A DNA stretch of 64,000 bases from the human T2T-CHM13v2.0 reference genome, Homo sapiens. A model generated the notes under the pieces. It saw only the letters and a program-made list of their open reading frames with translations, did no database searches and had not been told where the DNA came from. Within the stretch, counting starts at the first letter, position 1. Every line of letters begins with the position of its first letter. Location of the stretch: the NCBI RefSeq assembly GCF_009914755.1, contig NC_060931.1; one strand, given 5' to 3'. Positions 23,973 through 39,012 of this stretch are shown piece by piece. Made by a program: the position numbers and the translations under genes.

Positions 23973-24500
23973 CTAAAAAAAGAAAACAAAAATAACTTTG
24001 ATGCTTCATATTCCACAGACATAGGCTAGGAAGAAAAAAATAAATGCTTTAATCATACATGAAATACATATTACTATCTACAAGAGAAAATGCTAGAAAA
24101 TGCATCTCAATTTAAAATCAAGCATGTTGCTCAAAATCAAGGGACAGTAACTAAAAATAAAAATATAATCATACAATCTTATCAAAATTAATATATTTCA
24201 TAGAAGATTTACACAACCACTGCAGTTAAATTCCCTTTAACAGTTTCTTATACATGCACTGTTTCTCAGATGAAACATGAGTAATAAATAAAACTGGAAT
24301 TTTTAAACTACATACCCAGGATTAACTTTAACTTGTTTCATAAAAAGGGCAATTTGGTACATTAAAACTGAGCCCTAAAATACTATAAAACTGTTGGATC
24401 CCCTGAGTTACATAGATCATTTTCTTAAAAGTAAAACATAAAACCAATGATATATTTTAGAGAAGAAAAAACATAAGCATTAAAATAGATTGATTCTCAC

Positions 24501-24560
24501 CCATAAACTAAGTTCAGATACATTTATTTTCAGGAAATGTGGTTTCATTGCCAGAATACC
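24501..24560 (-). pseudogene. DPY19L1P1: DPY19L1-like exon, 60 nt: GILAMKPHFLKINVSELSLW
   Basis: Acceptor tttttctctactcAG, donor GTgaga. Confidence 0.93.
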
Positions 24561-25971
24561 CTGAGTAGAGAAAAATAACATAGTATACACAGTTAATACT
24601 TACAGACATAAATTCAAGTACCAAAAAATTCTTATAAATGATAAGATTCTCAAGTATCTAAAATTGAGCAAACAGTCAACTTTCCACATACCATCCACAT
24701 GCTCATGTCTATAGTCAGTGACTTCAAGGTATAGCCCTATTATCCAAAGTCAATTAGGTGAAAGCGTGACTTTTTAAAGTTGAAAAAGGAATCACCATAT
24801 GTAAATGTCTATCACTGATTTGACATATCTGATTTATCTCTGAGCCATGAGGTATATAACATTTTCAGAATTGCATACAGGCATAAGATTTTCCTTTAGC
24901 TAAAAATTACTGACTCTTAGGGTAAACAACAAATGAAATGTTAATGGATCAACTAAATACCTCTCTTGTCAAATCTTAAGTATTTTCAGGTAGTAACGCT
25001 CCCAAACTGTATTACCCTTGGGGAGCTAAAACTACTTCAAACATCGCAAAAATATGATTAGAGATCACAACATAAATACTTGAAACCAAATTAAATCTTT
25101 TTGGAAGTTTCTGAATAACTGAGAATACAAAATGTGATACAATTCAGGTTTCAAAGTGATTAATTATAAATATATGCAAATATGTTTATAGTTAAATATG
25201 CACAAACATGCTGTACTCCCTGTTATCATTTATTTTTATACACCAAAATATATGGAATATACATAAATATGCTTAATTCATATCTAAGACGCACCTCAGT
25301 GTGAAGCATCTGGCAGCATACCTGACATACAGAACTGAAGAGAAATTTCCTACAAAAGGCACTTAAATTAGATTTTATTTATATGTAATATTTGATTCAG
25401 TGGTTTCCTTGTCCATAGTACCAAGATTCATGTACTTTATCCTGGGTGATAGCAGTACATGACAAAGTACATATGTAATATATACAACTGAGTACTTTGT
25501 CACTTTGACACAGAACTGAAGAACTACACTTATTAATCCCGAAGTTATGATTTTTCTTGTTGTTGTTGCTGAAAAATACAGCATCATGCTAATTGCTAAT
25601 TTCTGTAGCTAAGTATACCCAAGGTACAACCTGAAAAGGGTGGTGGCCCAGACTGGGAAGAGGCATATTTTTAAGAAATGCGTTTTTAAATAAATATTAT
25701 TTGTAAAATAATAAAAATGGAGGTTTCAAATGTAATGGCTTCTAGAAATTAAGAAACCCCAAATGATCTGAGTAACTTAATTACTCAAGAAGTAGAATAC
25801 ATTCCAATTACGACAGTGCAATGTGCTTTTAAAGTCATCGGGAAACTAAAGCACATGCACTTTAAACATAAGGAATAACAAGTTTGCAAAACATTTTAAT
25901 GGAAACCCACCAAAAAAAAAGGCAGTCTTTAAATTTCAGAAGACTTTTAGACTTACAAAGTCATCCTGCCA

Positions 25972-26287
25972 GCCGGGCGCAGTGGCTCACACCTGTAATC
26001 CCAGCACTTTGGGAGGCCAAGGTAGGCAGATCACCTGAGGCCGGGAGTTCGAGACCAGCCTGACCAACATGGAAAAACCCCGTCTCTACTAATAATACAA
26101 AATTAGCCGGGCATGGTGGCATATGCTTGTAATCCCAGCTACTCAGAAGGCTGAGGCAGGAGAGTCACTTGAACCTGGGAGGCAGAGTGAGCCGAGATTG
26201 CGCCATTGCACTCCAGTGTAGGCAATGAGAGCGAAACTCCATCTTTAAAAAAAAAAAAAAACACAACAACAACAACAACAAAAAAAA
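25972..26287 (+). mobile_element. AluSp-like
   Basis: TSD aaagtcatcctgcc. Confidence 0.9.
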
Positions 26288-26463
26288 GTCATCCTGCCAA
26301 ATGTAGCAGAAGGAATTAGATGACCTTCCATCAATTTGTTCTAATTCTGTAAAATAATCTCTCCATAAGCTAAAGCTGTTCTTGGTAGTGATTTAGCAAT
26401 ATAAAATTGAATCATCACCTTACTTAAACCTTCTGAATAAGTCCATACAAGTAGACAAGGGGC

Positions 26464-26495
<32 letters not shown>

Positions 26496-26845
26496 CCCTA
26501 AGTAACCAAGGCCTTGATCTTCTGATCACTGTGGAATGAAGAGGGGAGGCTGTTGTAAGACTGCAGTTTGAGGAAAGGGGTTCAAAAAGTGGAGCAGGAG
26601 TAGGATAAAAATGGAAAGGAGGAAGGGAGAAGAAAGCATATAAATCTTTCTGAAATGATACTAATTTTTCATTGTTTTTTTTTTCCTGTTTTAAAAGTGA
26701 GTACTTAAACACCATCACATCTAGAATATTAAGTAAGACACTTAAGATGGTTCCTACAGAAAACCCTCATGAATCCTAAGCCAGTGAAGAAGAAATTGTT
26801 AAACCATTAATTTCAAAAACAGCCAAATAAGTAAGGAATATTTAC

Positions 26846-26924
26846 CCAAATAATTACCAAAGAAGCAGCATAATAATAACATTGAGTTCCCAAACATCAC
26901 AACAAAACAAAGTGCAAGAGAAAT
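26846..26924 (-). pseudogene. DPY19L1P1: DPY19L1-like exon, 79 nt, frameshifted (ISLALCFVVMFGNSMLL / YYAASLVIIW in two different frames)
   Basis: Acceptor ttttttccAG, donor GTaaat; length not a multiple of 3 between phase-0 neighbours. Confidence 0.92.
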
Positions 26925-27834
26925 CTGGAAAAAATCCAAGAAAAAAATATAAGTAATGCACATAAAACAAAAAACCTTTGTTTTTTATTGTGAAAATTGT
27001 ACATGCCCATAATAAACAGAATTCAAACTGTTCAAAAGGGACTATAAGATTAAAACAGCCCATTATCCATCCCACACTTCAAGCTCCCAGAGATAACCAT
27101 CAACAGTTTCCTGTGCATCCTTCCAGACAACATGTATAAATTCTAGTTTATATATTTTGTTAAAACACAAACGGACACTTACCCCACAAGCTATACTATT
27201 TCTTGCTTTTATTCGTAATATGTTTCAAAGAGCTTTCCATATGCATGCAAGCCAATCTAATACATTCTGCTTAAGAACTGGAAAAAGTATTCTATTCCAC
27301 AGATGTACCCTAATTTAACTAGTCCTCCGAATACTGCAAAACACTTAAGAGCTTTCCACTTCTATTTTGTTTTGTTTGGATCTTCCTAATAAAAACACTG
27401 CTATGATAGACATCCTTATGTGTATACCTTATGTACATGTCAGTACATTTATGAATAAATTACTAGAAGTGAAACTGATGGATCAAGGATATCCACATTT
27501 TTAAATTCAATACAAATATTGACAAATTGGCCTACAAAAAGATTGTGCCAATTCCCTTTCCCACCAACTGGGCAGGAGAGTTCCTATGGATATATATTCT
27601 GGCAACACTGTATTATTCTTTTAAATATCTGCCAATCCAGTGGGGAAAAAATGTTACCTCATTGTTTCACTTTTCCATTCTTTTAATAGTAGATGAGACA
27701 CAGCACCTTTTATTCTATTTGCTGGTTATGTTGTCTTGTGTGTATGTGTGAACTGCTTATTCCAACCGCCCATCTGTCTATTGGGCTTTCATTATTTTCC
27801 TTAACAGCTCTCTTCATATATTACAGAACATAGT

Positions 27835-28718
27835 CCCAATATCCAGAATATACAAGGGACTTAAACAAATTTACAAGAAAAAAACAAACAACCCCATCAA
27901 AAAGTGGGCGAAGGATACGAACAGACACTTCTCAAAAGAAGACATTTATGTGGCCAACAAACATATGAAAAAAAAAGCTCATTATCACTGGTCATTAGAG
28001 AAATGCAAATCAAAACCACAATGAGATACCATCTCACACCAGTTAGAATGGTGATCATTAAAAAGTCAGGAAACAACAGATGCTGGAGAGGATGTGGAGA
28101 AATAGGAACACTTTTATACTATTGGTGAGAGTGTAAATTAGTTCAACTATTGTGGAAGATAATGTGACGATTCCTCAAGGATCTGGAACCAGTAATACCA
28201 TTTGACCCAGCAATCCCATTGCTGGGTATATACTCAAAGGATTATAAATCATTCTACTATAAAGATACATGCACACATATGTTTATTGCAGCACTATTCA
28301 CGATAGCAAAGACTTGGAACAAACCCAAATGCCCATCAATGATAGACCAGATAAAGAAAATGTGGCACATATACATTATGGAATACTATGCAGCTATAAA
28401 AAAGGATGAGTTCATGTCCTTTGCAGGGACATGGATGAAGCTGGAAACCATCATTGTCAGCAAAGTAACACAGGAACAGAAAACCAAACACTGTATGTCC
28501 TCACTCATAAGTGTCAGTTGAACAATGAGAACACATGGACACAGGGAGGGGAACATCACATACTGGGGCCTGTTGGGGGTGGGGGGCTAGGGGAGGGATA
28601 GCATTAGGAGAAATACCTAATGTAGATGACAGGTTGATGGGTGCAGCAAACCACCATGGCACATGTATACCTATGTAACAAACCTCCAGTTGCTGCACAT
28701 GTATCCCAGAACTTAAAG
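27835..28718 (+). mobile_element. L1PA 3' fragment inserted in an older minus-strand L1ME
   Basis: ORF2 C-terminus ([21 protein letters not shown]) and 3'UTR; TSD agaacatag. Confidence 0.92.
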
Positions 28719-28740
28719 TATATGTGTGTGTGTGTGTATA

Positions 28741-28818
<78 letters not shown>

Positions 28819-28836
28819 AACACACACATATATATA
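28719..28836. repeat. Compound microsatellite (TG)n(TA)n(CA)n in the L1 tail position
   Basis: Directly visible. Confidence 0.97.
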
Positions 28837-29674
28837 AAGAACATAGCTCCTTATCAAGTAAACATATTGTAAATATTTTTATCAGTTCATTTTTGACCTT
28901 TGTGGTATTTTTTGTATTATGGTTATTTTCTAAATATTTATGTTAGCAAATGTATCTTTCATTTCCTTTAGGTCTTTGGATTTATCTGTCATTTAAAAAG
29001 GCACTAAAAATAAAATAATCCATATTTTCTTCTAGAAGTTTTATTTTTGATCCATATATATCAATTTCAATGTGAATTTCAGAATCAGCTTGTTTCAAAA
29101 ACTAAAATTTTTATTAAAATTGCTTTATTCAATAACGTATGTTATTTATAGTTATATCTGTTCAAGATTGAATCTTTAGATCCCAAAGCAATACATGTTC
29201 CTTCCATTTCTTTAAATCTTCTTTTACATGCATTAGCAAGTACGGTTTTCTTTATATAGATCCTGCATATTTTCTTGAGTTTATTCTAAAGCATATTATT
29301 TTTGCTGCTGTTGTATCAAGAATCTTCATATTTTCTGTTTGCATATAGAAAAATTATATTAAATATGCATCAATGAATATGATTTCATTGTTTCTAGTAG
29401 TTTATTTGGATTTCTCAAGTATTCAAAATGATATCAACTACAAACAATGATTTTTTACATTTTCCTTTGAATTATTTTTCAGTCAATTGTATTAGCTGAC
29501 ATTTCTGCAACAATGTTAAGTAATGAGAGAGGCAGTAGGCATATTTACCATGCTTCTGGCATTAATGGAAATAGGAAATTGTTCTATGGCTTCATCATTG
29601 TATGTGATACTAGTTTTTGTTTTGAGGTGTGGGTATCTTAAATTTCAATGAAATATCCGTCTATTTTTACTTGA

Positions 29675-29987
<313 letters not shown>

Positions 29988-30084
29988 TATTATGGATTTT
30001 TTCAAACTTCTCAATGTGATAAATCATATTAATAGAATTTCTAATATCAACACATTCCTGAATTCCTGGAATGAGGCACTTAGA

Positions 30085-32390
<2,306 letters not shown>

Positions 32391-32394
32391 GAAA

Positions 32395-32725
32395 CAAAAA
32401 CCACAGTGAGGTATCACCTTATAACTATTAGGATGGCTACCATCACAAAAGCAGAAAATAAATGTTGGTGATTACATGGAGAAAATAGAACCTCATGCAC
32501 TGTTTATAGGAATGTAAAACGTACAGCTACTATGGAAAAGTTTGGCAGTTCCTTCAAAAATAGATTTACCATATGATCAATCCAGCAATTCCACTTTTGG
32601 GTACATACTCAAAATAATTGAAAACAAGATCTCAAAAAATATTTGTTCATAGCAGCATTATTTACTATAGCTGAAACATCGAAGTAACTCAAGTATCTGT
32701 GGACAGACTGAATAGATAAGCAAAA

Positions 32726-32767
<42 letters not shown>

Positions 32768-32893
32768 ACACAATGGAATCCAAGTATCCATGGACAGGCT
32801 GAATGGATAAGCAAAATCTAGTGTGTGTGTGTATGTGTGTGTACACACAATGGAATCCAAGTATCCATGGACAGATCGAATGGATAAGCAAAA

Positions 32894-32928
<35 letters not shown>

Positions 32929-33320
32929 CACAATGGACTATTATTTAGCTTTAAAAGGAAGGAAATTCTGACATGCTTCAACATAGAAGAAACTTGGGGA
33001 CAGTAGGCTAATTGAAATAGGCCAGTAACAAAAAGACAAATACTGTATGATTTCACTTACATGACATACATAAAGTAGTCAAAATCACAAAGACAGAAAG
33101 TAGATGGTGGTTTCCAGGGGCTGGGAAGATGGAAGAATATGGACTTTAATGGGTATAGAGTTTCAGTTTTGCAAGATGAAAAATGTTCTGGAAATAGATG
33201 GTGGTGATGGTTGTAAAACAATGTGAATGTACTTAATATCACTGAACTGTATAATTAAAAATGCTTAAGGTGGTAAATTTTAAGTTACATGTATTTTACC
33301 ACAATAAAAAATGGAAAAAT
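32395..33320 (+). mobile_element. L1MB 3' end with an internal triplication
   Basis: Typical L1MB 3'UTR. Confidence 0.8.
32690..32938. repeat. 3x ~80-bp tandem units, each containing (TG)n
   Basis: caagtatc..tggacag...ggataagcaaaatc(tg)n..acacaatgga at 32690, 32781 and 32858. Confidence 0.95.
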
Positions 33321-35481
33321 AATTTTTTTGGAATAATTCTATATATTTTTTCTTTTTATAACTATAAGAATTTAGAAATTTATAAAACGATAATGGAAGA
33401 AGATAGAAAATAGTAAGTCATATAATAAAGTATGTATCATTTACCCAAGGTAGGTTTTACTGCTAACTACGCTGTGTAATTTTATAATTTTATAACTAAA
33501 ACTTTGAGTCAAGGCCCTCAGCCATAGTTGTCTATGTGACCAGCCAACTCTGAAGGCTTAACATTTAATCTGATTTATACTACAAAATAAAAAACTATTT
33601 TAAATAGTTTGGGAAAAAATAAGCCGCATCTAAAAAATACATAATTACTGTCTAACACATTCATGAACAAGGATGTAAAAATCCTATCAAAATGACAGCA
33701 AACTGAATCCAGCGACATGCAAAAATTGTGTTTAGCCCAGAAAAGCAAGTTTATTTAACGGTAGAAAATTAATTAATGTTAATTCATTACAGTAACAGAT
33801 TAAAGAGGGGGAAATACATAGAATCATGTAAACAGATGTACGAAAGCATTTCATGAAACTTAACATTTATCAATTTCTTTTTAAAAGTGCTCAAAGCATG
33901 ATGAGGACATGTTAAAAGGAAAGAGAAGTCAGCTTGAATAGTTGGACAAGTGTGGAACAATTGGAGCATCAACATAAATAACAAAAATAATGGATTACAC
34001 TGCACTGACTAAAATAGATGTCATTTTCTTTTGGACACAAGACAAACTGGTAAAAGATTTGAATAGGAATTTACAACAGTGGAAACATGAAGGGCGTACA
34101 AACAAACCAAAAGATGCTCAGCTTCATTATGAATCAGAGAAAATGCAAATTAAGGTTATAAGATACCATTTTACATGAACCAGATTAATAAAATAAAAAA
34201 GGATGTAGAATAACATAAGCTGCTATATATTGCTGTTGGAAGTAGTCCAATCATTTTAGAAAAACAATTTGGTATTTATAAAGTTGAACATGTACATAAT
34301 TTACCACCCAACAAGTTTACTACTAGGTAAACACCCTAGAGAAACTCTCAACATAGGTGCCCTAGGAGATATGTGAAGAATGTACAGCATTATTTATAAC
34401 TAAAATAAGAAGTTGGGGAGAGAGGAGAGAACCTAAATGTCCTTCAACAAGAAAATGAATAAATGAATTACGCTTTATTTATATGATGGAAAATATAAAG
34501 CAGTGAAAATATTTGAATTCTAGTTACATATAAGTAGCAGAAATCTGAGTGAAAAAATAGTACTTATAAAATGCCATTTGTATAAACCTTACAAAGAATG
34601 TGAACATTTAATAATAAAAATTTATACTATTTAGTAATCCACTATGGTAAAGTTATAAAGAAAAGCAAATTGATTACGATTCAAAAAGTCAGAATAGTGG
34701 TTACCTCTAGGAGCAGTGAGGGGATGAGCTCAGGGCATACAGGACTTAAAAGTAACAATAAGGTTCTATTTTCCATTTGGAGAGTAGGCTCCCGGTTGTT
34801 TATTTTATGACTGTGTTTATAACTTCCTTGCACATTATAAATGTTCTTTTATATGTATAAATTGTTAAGAAAATGAAAATGGGATATTATGACAGTTGTA
34901 AAATTATCAGGAAAAGAAAACATCAATATAAAAACTAATGAGAGAGAAGACAAATGTTTGTTTTTAAAGGATAACCATTCAAGAACATCAACCAATCGGC
35001 TTTAGGGTCTTTATTCTAGCTGTTCCACCAACCTAGGTATCAGTTTCTTTGATATCTACTTGGCTAACTCGTTCTCCTTCTTCCAATCTTTGTTCTACTC
35101 CCCCTTTTCAAGAAGACCTGCCCTGACCACCTCATTTGATTTTTCCATCTCCTACCCCCTGATCTTGGTGCTCCTGATCTGCCTTACCCTTACCTTTTCT
35201 TTCTTCTAAAATCTCTTTTTGTAATTTTTTATAGAGATGGGGGTCTCACCCAGGCTGGTCTTAAACTCCTGGGCTCAAATGTCCTCTTGTCTCAGCCTCC
35301 CCAGGCCACCATGCCTGGCCTAAAATCCTTATCACCTTCTAACACCCTACAAAATTTACCCATTTACTATGTTTATTATTTATCTTCTGTCTTCCCTCCT
35401 TCCCCCACTCTGTTAGAATGTAGTAATATGAATGCTGGTGTATTCCACATGCCTGGATAGTTGACACTCAGTAAATGAACT

Positions 35482-35779
35482 TTTTTTCTTTTTTGTAGAG
35501 ACATGGTCTTGCTATGTTGCCCAGGCTGGAGTGCAGTGGCATGATCATAGCTCACTGCAGTCTCAACCTCCCGGGCTAATGCGATCCTCCCACATCAGCT
35601 TCCTAAATAGCTAGTACTACAGGCATGCGTCACCGTGCTAGGATAATTTTATTTTATTTTAGTAGAGATGAGATCTGGCTCTGTTGCCCAGGCTGGTTTC
35701 AAACTTCTGGCCTCAAGTGAACTCCACCTTGGCCTCTCAAAAGTGTTGGGATTACAGGCATAAGCCACCATGTTAGGCC
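35482..35779 (-). mobile_element. AluJ
   Basis: Alu consensus, divergent. Confidence 0.85.
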
Positions 35780-36082
35780 CTTCTACTTCATTTTAACAGA
35801 CAGCTCCTGGATAATATATCAGTCCCATGTTTCCGTTTCATAAATTATTTCTTTTACTGATAATGCATAAGTTGGGAACAACTTCAATCAGATAATATGA
35901 CCCAAATTAAATTTTTGTGAGTGGTCTATCAAAACAAGGTCTGTTGATTATATCACAGTGTTTGAACAACATTTGTTTTAGTTATGAAATTGTTACAACT
36001 AGTTTCAACCATGAACAAATCAAATATTAATCAGGAGTTTAAGGGCAAACTAAATGGAAAAGAACAATAAAAAAATTATTAC

Positions 36083-36160
36083 CATGTGTATATAAATGAT
36101 CTTCCATAATTTACATATATCAATGTACCCGACAACATACACTGCAAATAATGATGCAAT
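36083..36160 (-). pseudogene. DPY19L1P1: DPY19L1-like exon, 78 nt: IASLFAVYVVGYIDICKLWKIIYIHM
   Basis: Acceptor tttttaaatttcAG, donor GTaata; phase 0-0. Confidence 0.93.
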
Positions 36161-37671
36161 CTGAAATTTAAAAAGAAAATAGAAGTAAAAAAGATAAAAT
36201 GAATAGCTACAAGAATGAAGAATATATTTATTGTTGTTTCAACTGATTTATATCTACACACAGAGTGAGTTCTTTTGTTTTCCTTTTATCTGCCAATTTA
36301 TTATTAAATATAGTCAATATATTAGTATAGAAAATATTGGTTGATTTTTCTCTCTGACACACAGCTCTCTCAATCATGTGAATTGTCTACTTTGTTGATT
36401 GTCCAAAACAATACTCATTTTAATTTCAGGTCAACCCTACTGTCAACACATACAATTAAAAAGTGCCTTGTCCAATCAAAAAAGATGAAAACGTAATTAT
36501 AACACGACAACTAATACATAATTGGGGAAGGTACATTTAACTGAAAAATAATTATGCAATGCATGTGTGCATAAAAATACGTTAATTTCTGCTTGCTAGT
36601 CACTCTTTACAAGTATCTCCATTAGCGTTCTTCCATTAATACAAATATTCAAGAGTTAGTTATAATCAAATTTATCAATTTCAAATTAAGAGTACTTTTG
36701 CTGCAAAGGTATTTTTAACTTTCTTTTCCATTTGGAAGAAAATTATATGTTATATATCAATAATTCTAAGAGTACTGGAATTATTTAGATGAATTGATTA
36801 AATGATGATACAGTATCTCTTACATGGAGGTAATATGTCAGACAATGCCTCTACACCCTTCCTCATAGAGAAAGCAATTCAAATTAAATTCTTCCTGTCC
36901 TACTACAAAAGCATAGCATAAACAGATTGCAAAATAGCTGAATACTTAAACTATAACTTGTTTCATTCATCAAGTTTTTTTATCTCTAAAGCAATCTACA
37001 ACAAATTTTTTCATTAGTGAGAAAAACAACTAAGTTTCCCTTTATTCAGAGTTACCCATGGAGAACACTGCATTTCTTAGGGTGCCTGATATGACATAAC
37101 AACTGTGGGGAAGTGTGTGTTATTATTCAATGTAAGCCCCACAGGGAGGCAAAATACCTCCCCTGACCCTCACCTCCACAAAAAAGCAGGCAGTCTCCAC
37201 TATCAGGAAGCAATGAGAATGCTCCCTTTTCACCCCAAGGGCTAAGCAACACACAGTACATTTACAGGGTAGAATTTTCAAGAGACAATCTCAGAGACAA
37301 TTTTAAACCAGAAACTGATTGAAAATGTCATCGAACTAAGTTAGACAAAGGAGTCTACAAGACAAGATCAAAGTAAAAAGTAAGTACAAATAGAGCCTAT
37401 TTTAAAAAATAATGATAAAACCAACTAACCTTACTGACACCTACTAAGTACCAGGTACTGTGTTAAGAATCATATACATTACTTCATCTGGTCCTATCCG
37501 CAACCCAATAAAGTAGGTTCTTTTATTATCTCTATTTCAGAAATGAGAAAACCTAAACTAAGAAAAGTTAACTACTTTATCCAAGTTAAGAGGCTACTGA
37601 ATAGAATTAGGACTCAAATCCAAGTCTAACTTCATTTCTCAAGCAAGACGTTCTAAAAAATATTAAAAAGC

Positions 37672-38050
<379 letters not shown>

Positions 38051-38519
38051 TCATTTTTTTTTTTTTTTGAGAGTATGTAACCCTCTCTCAACAAACTACC
38101 TCCATTTATAGTGGGCATGAGTACATGGAAAGGCAATAGATAAATTTCCAGACTGGTAGAGAGAATTTTATAAGAGATGAACTGGTTAGCTATTTATCCT
38201 GTAATCCTATGTGTCTGTATTCTACATGCAAGAATGTACACAACTATTCATAAAAGAAACATTTTACGTAAGAGAAATACTATTGTTAACTTAAGAGAAA
38301 TACTTAAAGTTATAGCACTAGTCCTCTTTTAAGGACATTAACAATACTGAATAACAAAGATAAGCATTCTTACAAATTTGAGTTCAATAAATGCATTATG
38401 TTAGGAAGTAAATAATTAACAATCATTTATAAATAATCCTACATATTTCTCTACCCTGAACTTTCTTTTGTTCAACATTCCTAAAAAATGTTTTAGAAAA
38501 ACATTTTTTCTGTTCCTGT

Positions 38520-38809
38520 TTTAGAAAAACATTTTTCCTAGAAAATGCTTTAGAAAAACATTTTTCCTAGAAAATGCTTTAGAAAAACATTTTTCCTAGA
38601 AAATGCTTTAGAAAAACATTTTTCCTAGAAAATGCTTTAGAAAAACATTTTTCCTAGAAAATGCTTTAGAAAAACATTTTTCCTAGAAAATGCTTTAGAA
38701 AAACATTTTTCCTAGAAAATGCTTTAGAAAAACATTTTTCCTAGAAAATGCTTTAGAAAAACATTTTTCCTAGAAAATGCTTTAGAAAAACATTTTTCCT
38801 AGAAAATGT
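38520..38809. repeat. 29-bp minisatellite x10 (tttagaaaaacatttttcctagaaaatgc)
   Basis: Nine identical units plus a final unit with one mismatch; degenerate seed copy at ~38478-38510. Confidence 0.97.
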
Positions 38810-38912
38810 TTTAGGACTTAGAATCATAGAACATCTCAGTTATAATTTTATGCAAATAAGTTCATAGTCAAACATGCTAAGCTTAAAACAGCTTAAAATA
38901 TAATCACCTCAC

Positions 38913-39012
38913 CTGAGTAAGAAGTACAAACTGAGCAAACTGCCAAGGAAGCATGAAAAATAAATTGGAAATGCAGAGTGCACTCAAACTTCCTCTATAA
39001 AGTTTTGTAGCC
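38913..39012 (-). pseudogene. DPY19L1P1: DPY19L1-like exon, 100 nt: ATKLYRGSLSALCISNLFFMLPWQFAQFVLLTQ
   Basis: Acceptor ttttatcttttcaAG, donor GTgagg; contains the WQFAQF family motif; phase matches the 92-nt exon. Confidence 0.95.

Noticed and set aside
38520-38809. CRISPR-like array (29-bp partly palindromic repeats)
   Set aside because: Units are contiguous with no spacers, there are no cas genes, and the context is a primate intron; it is a minisatellite.
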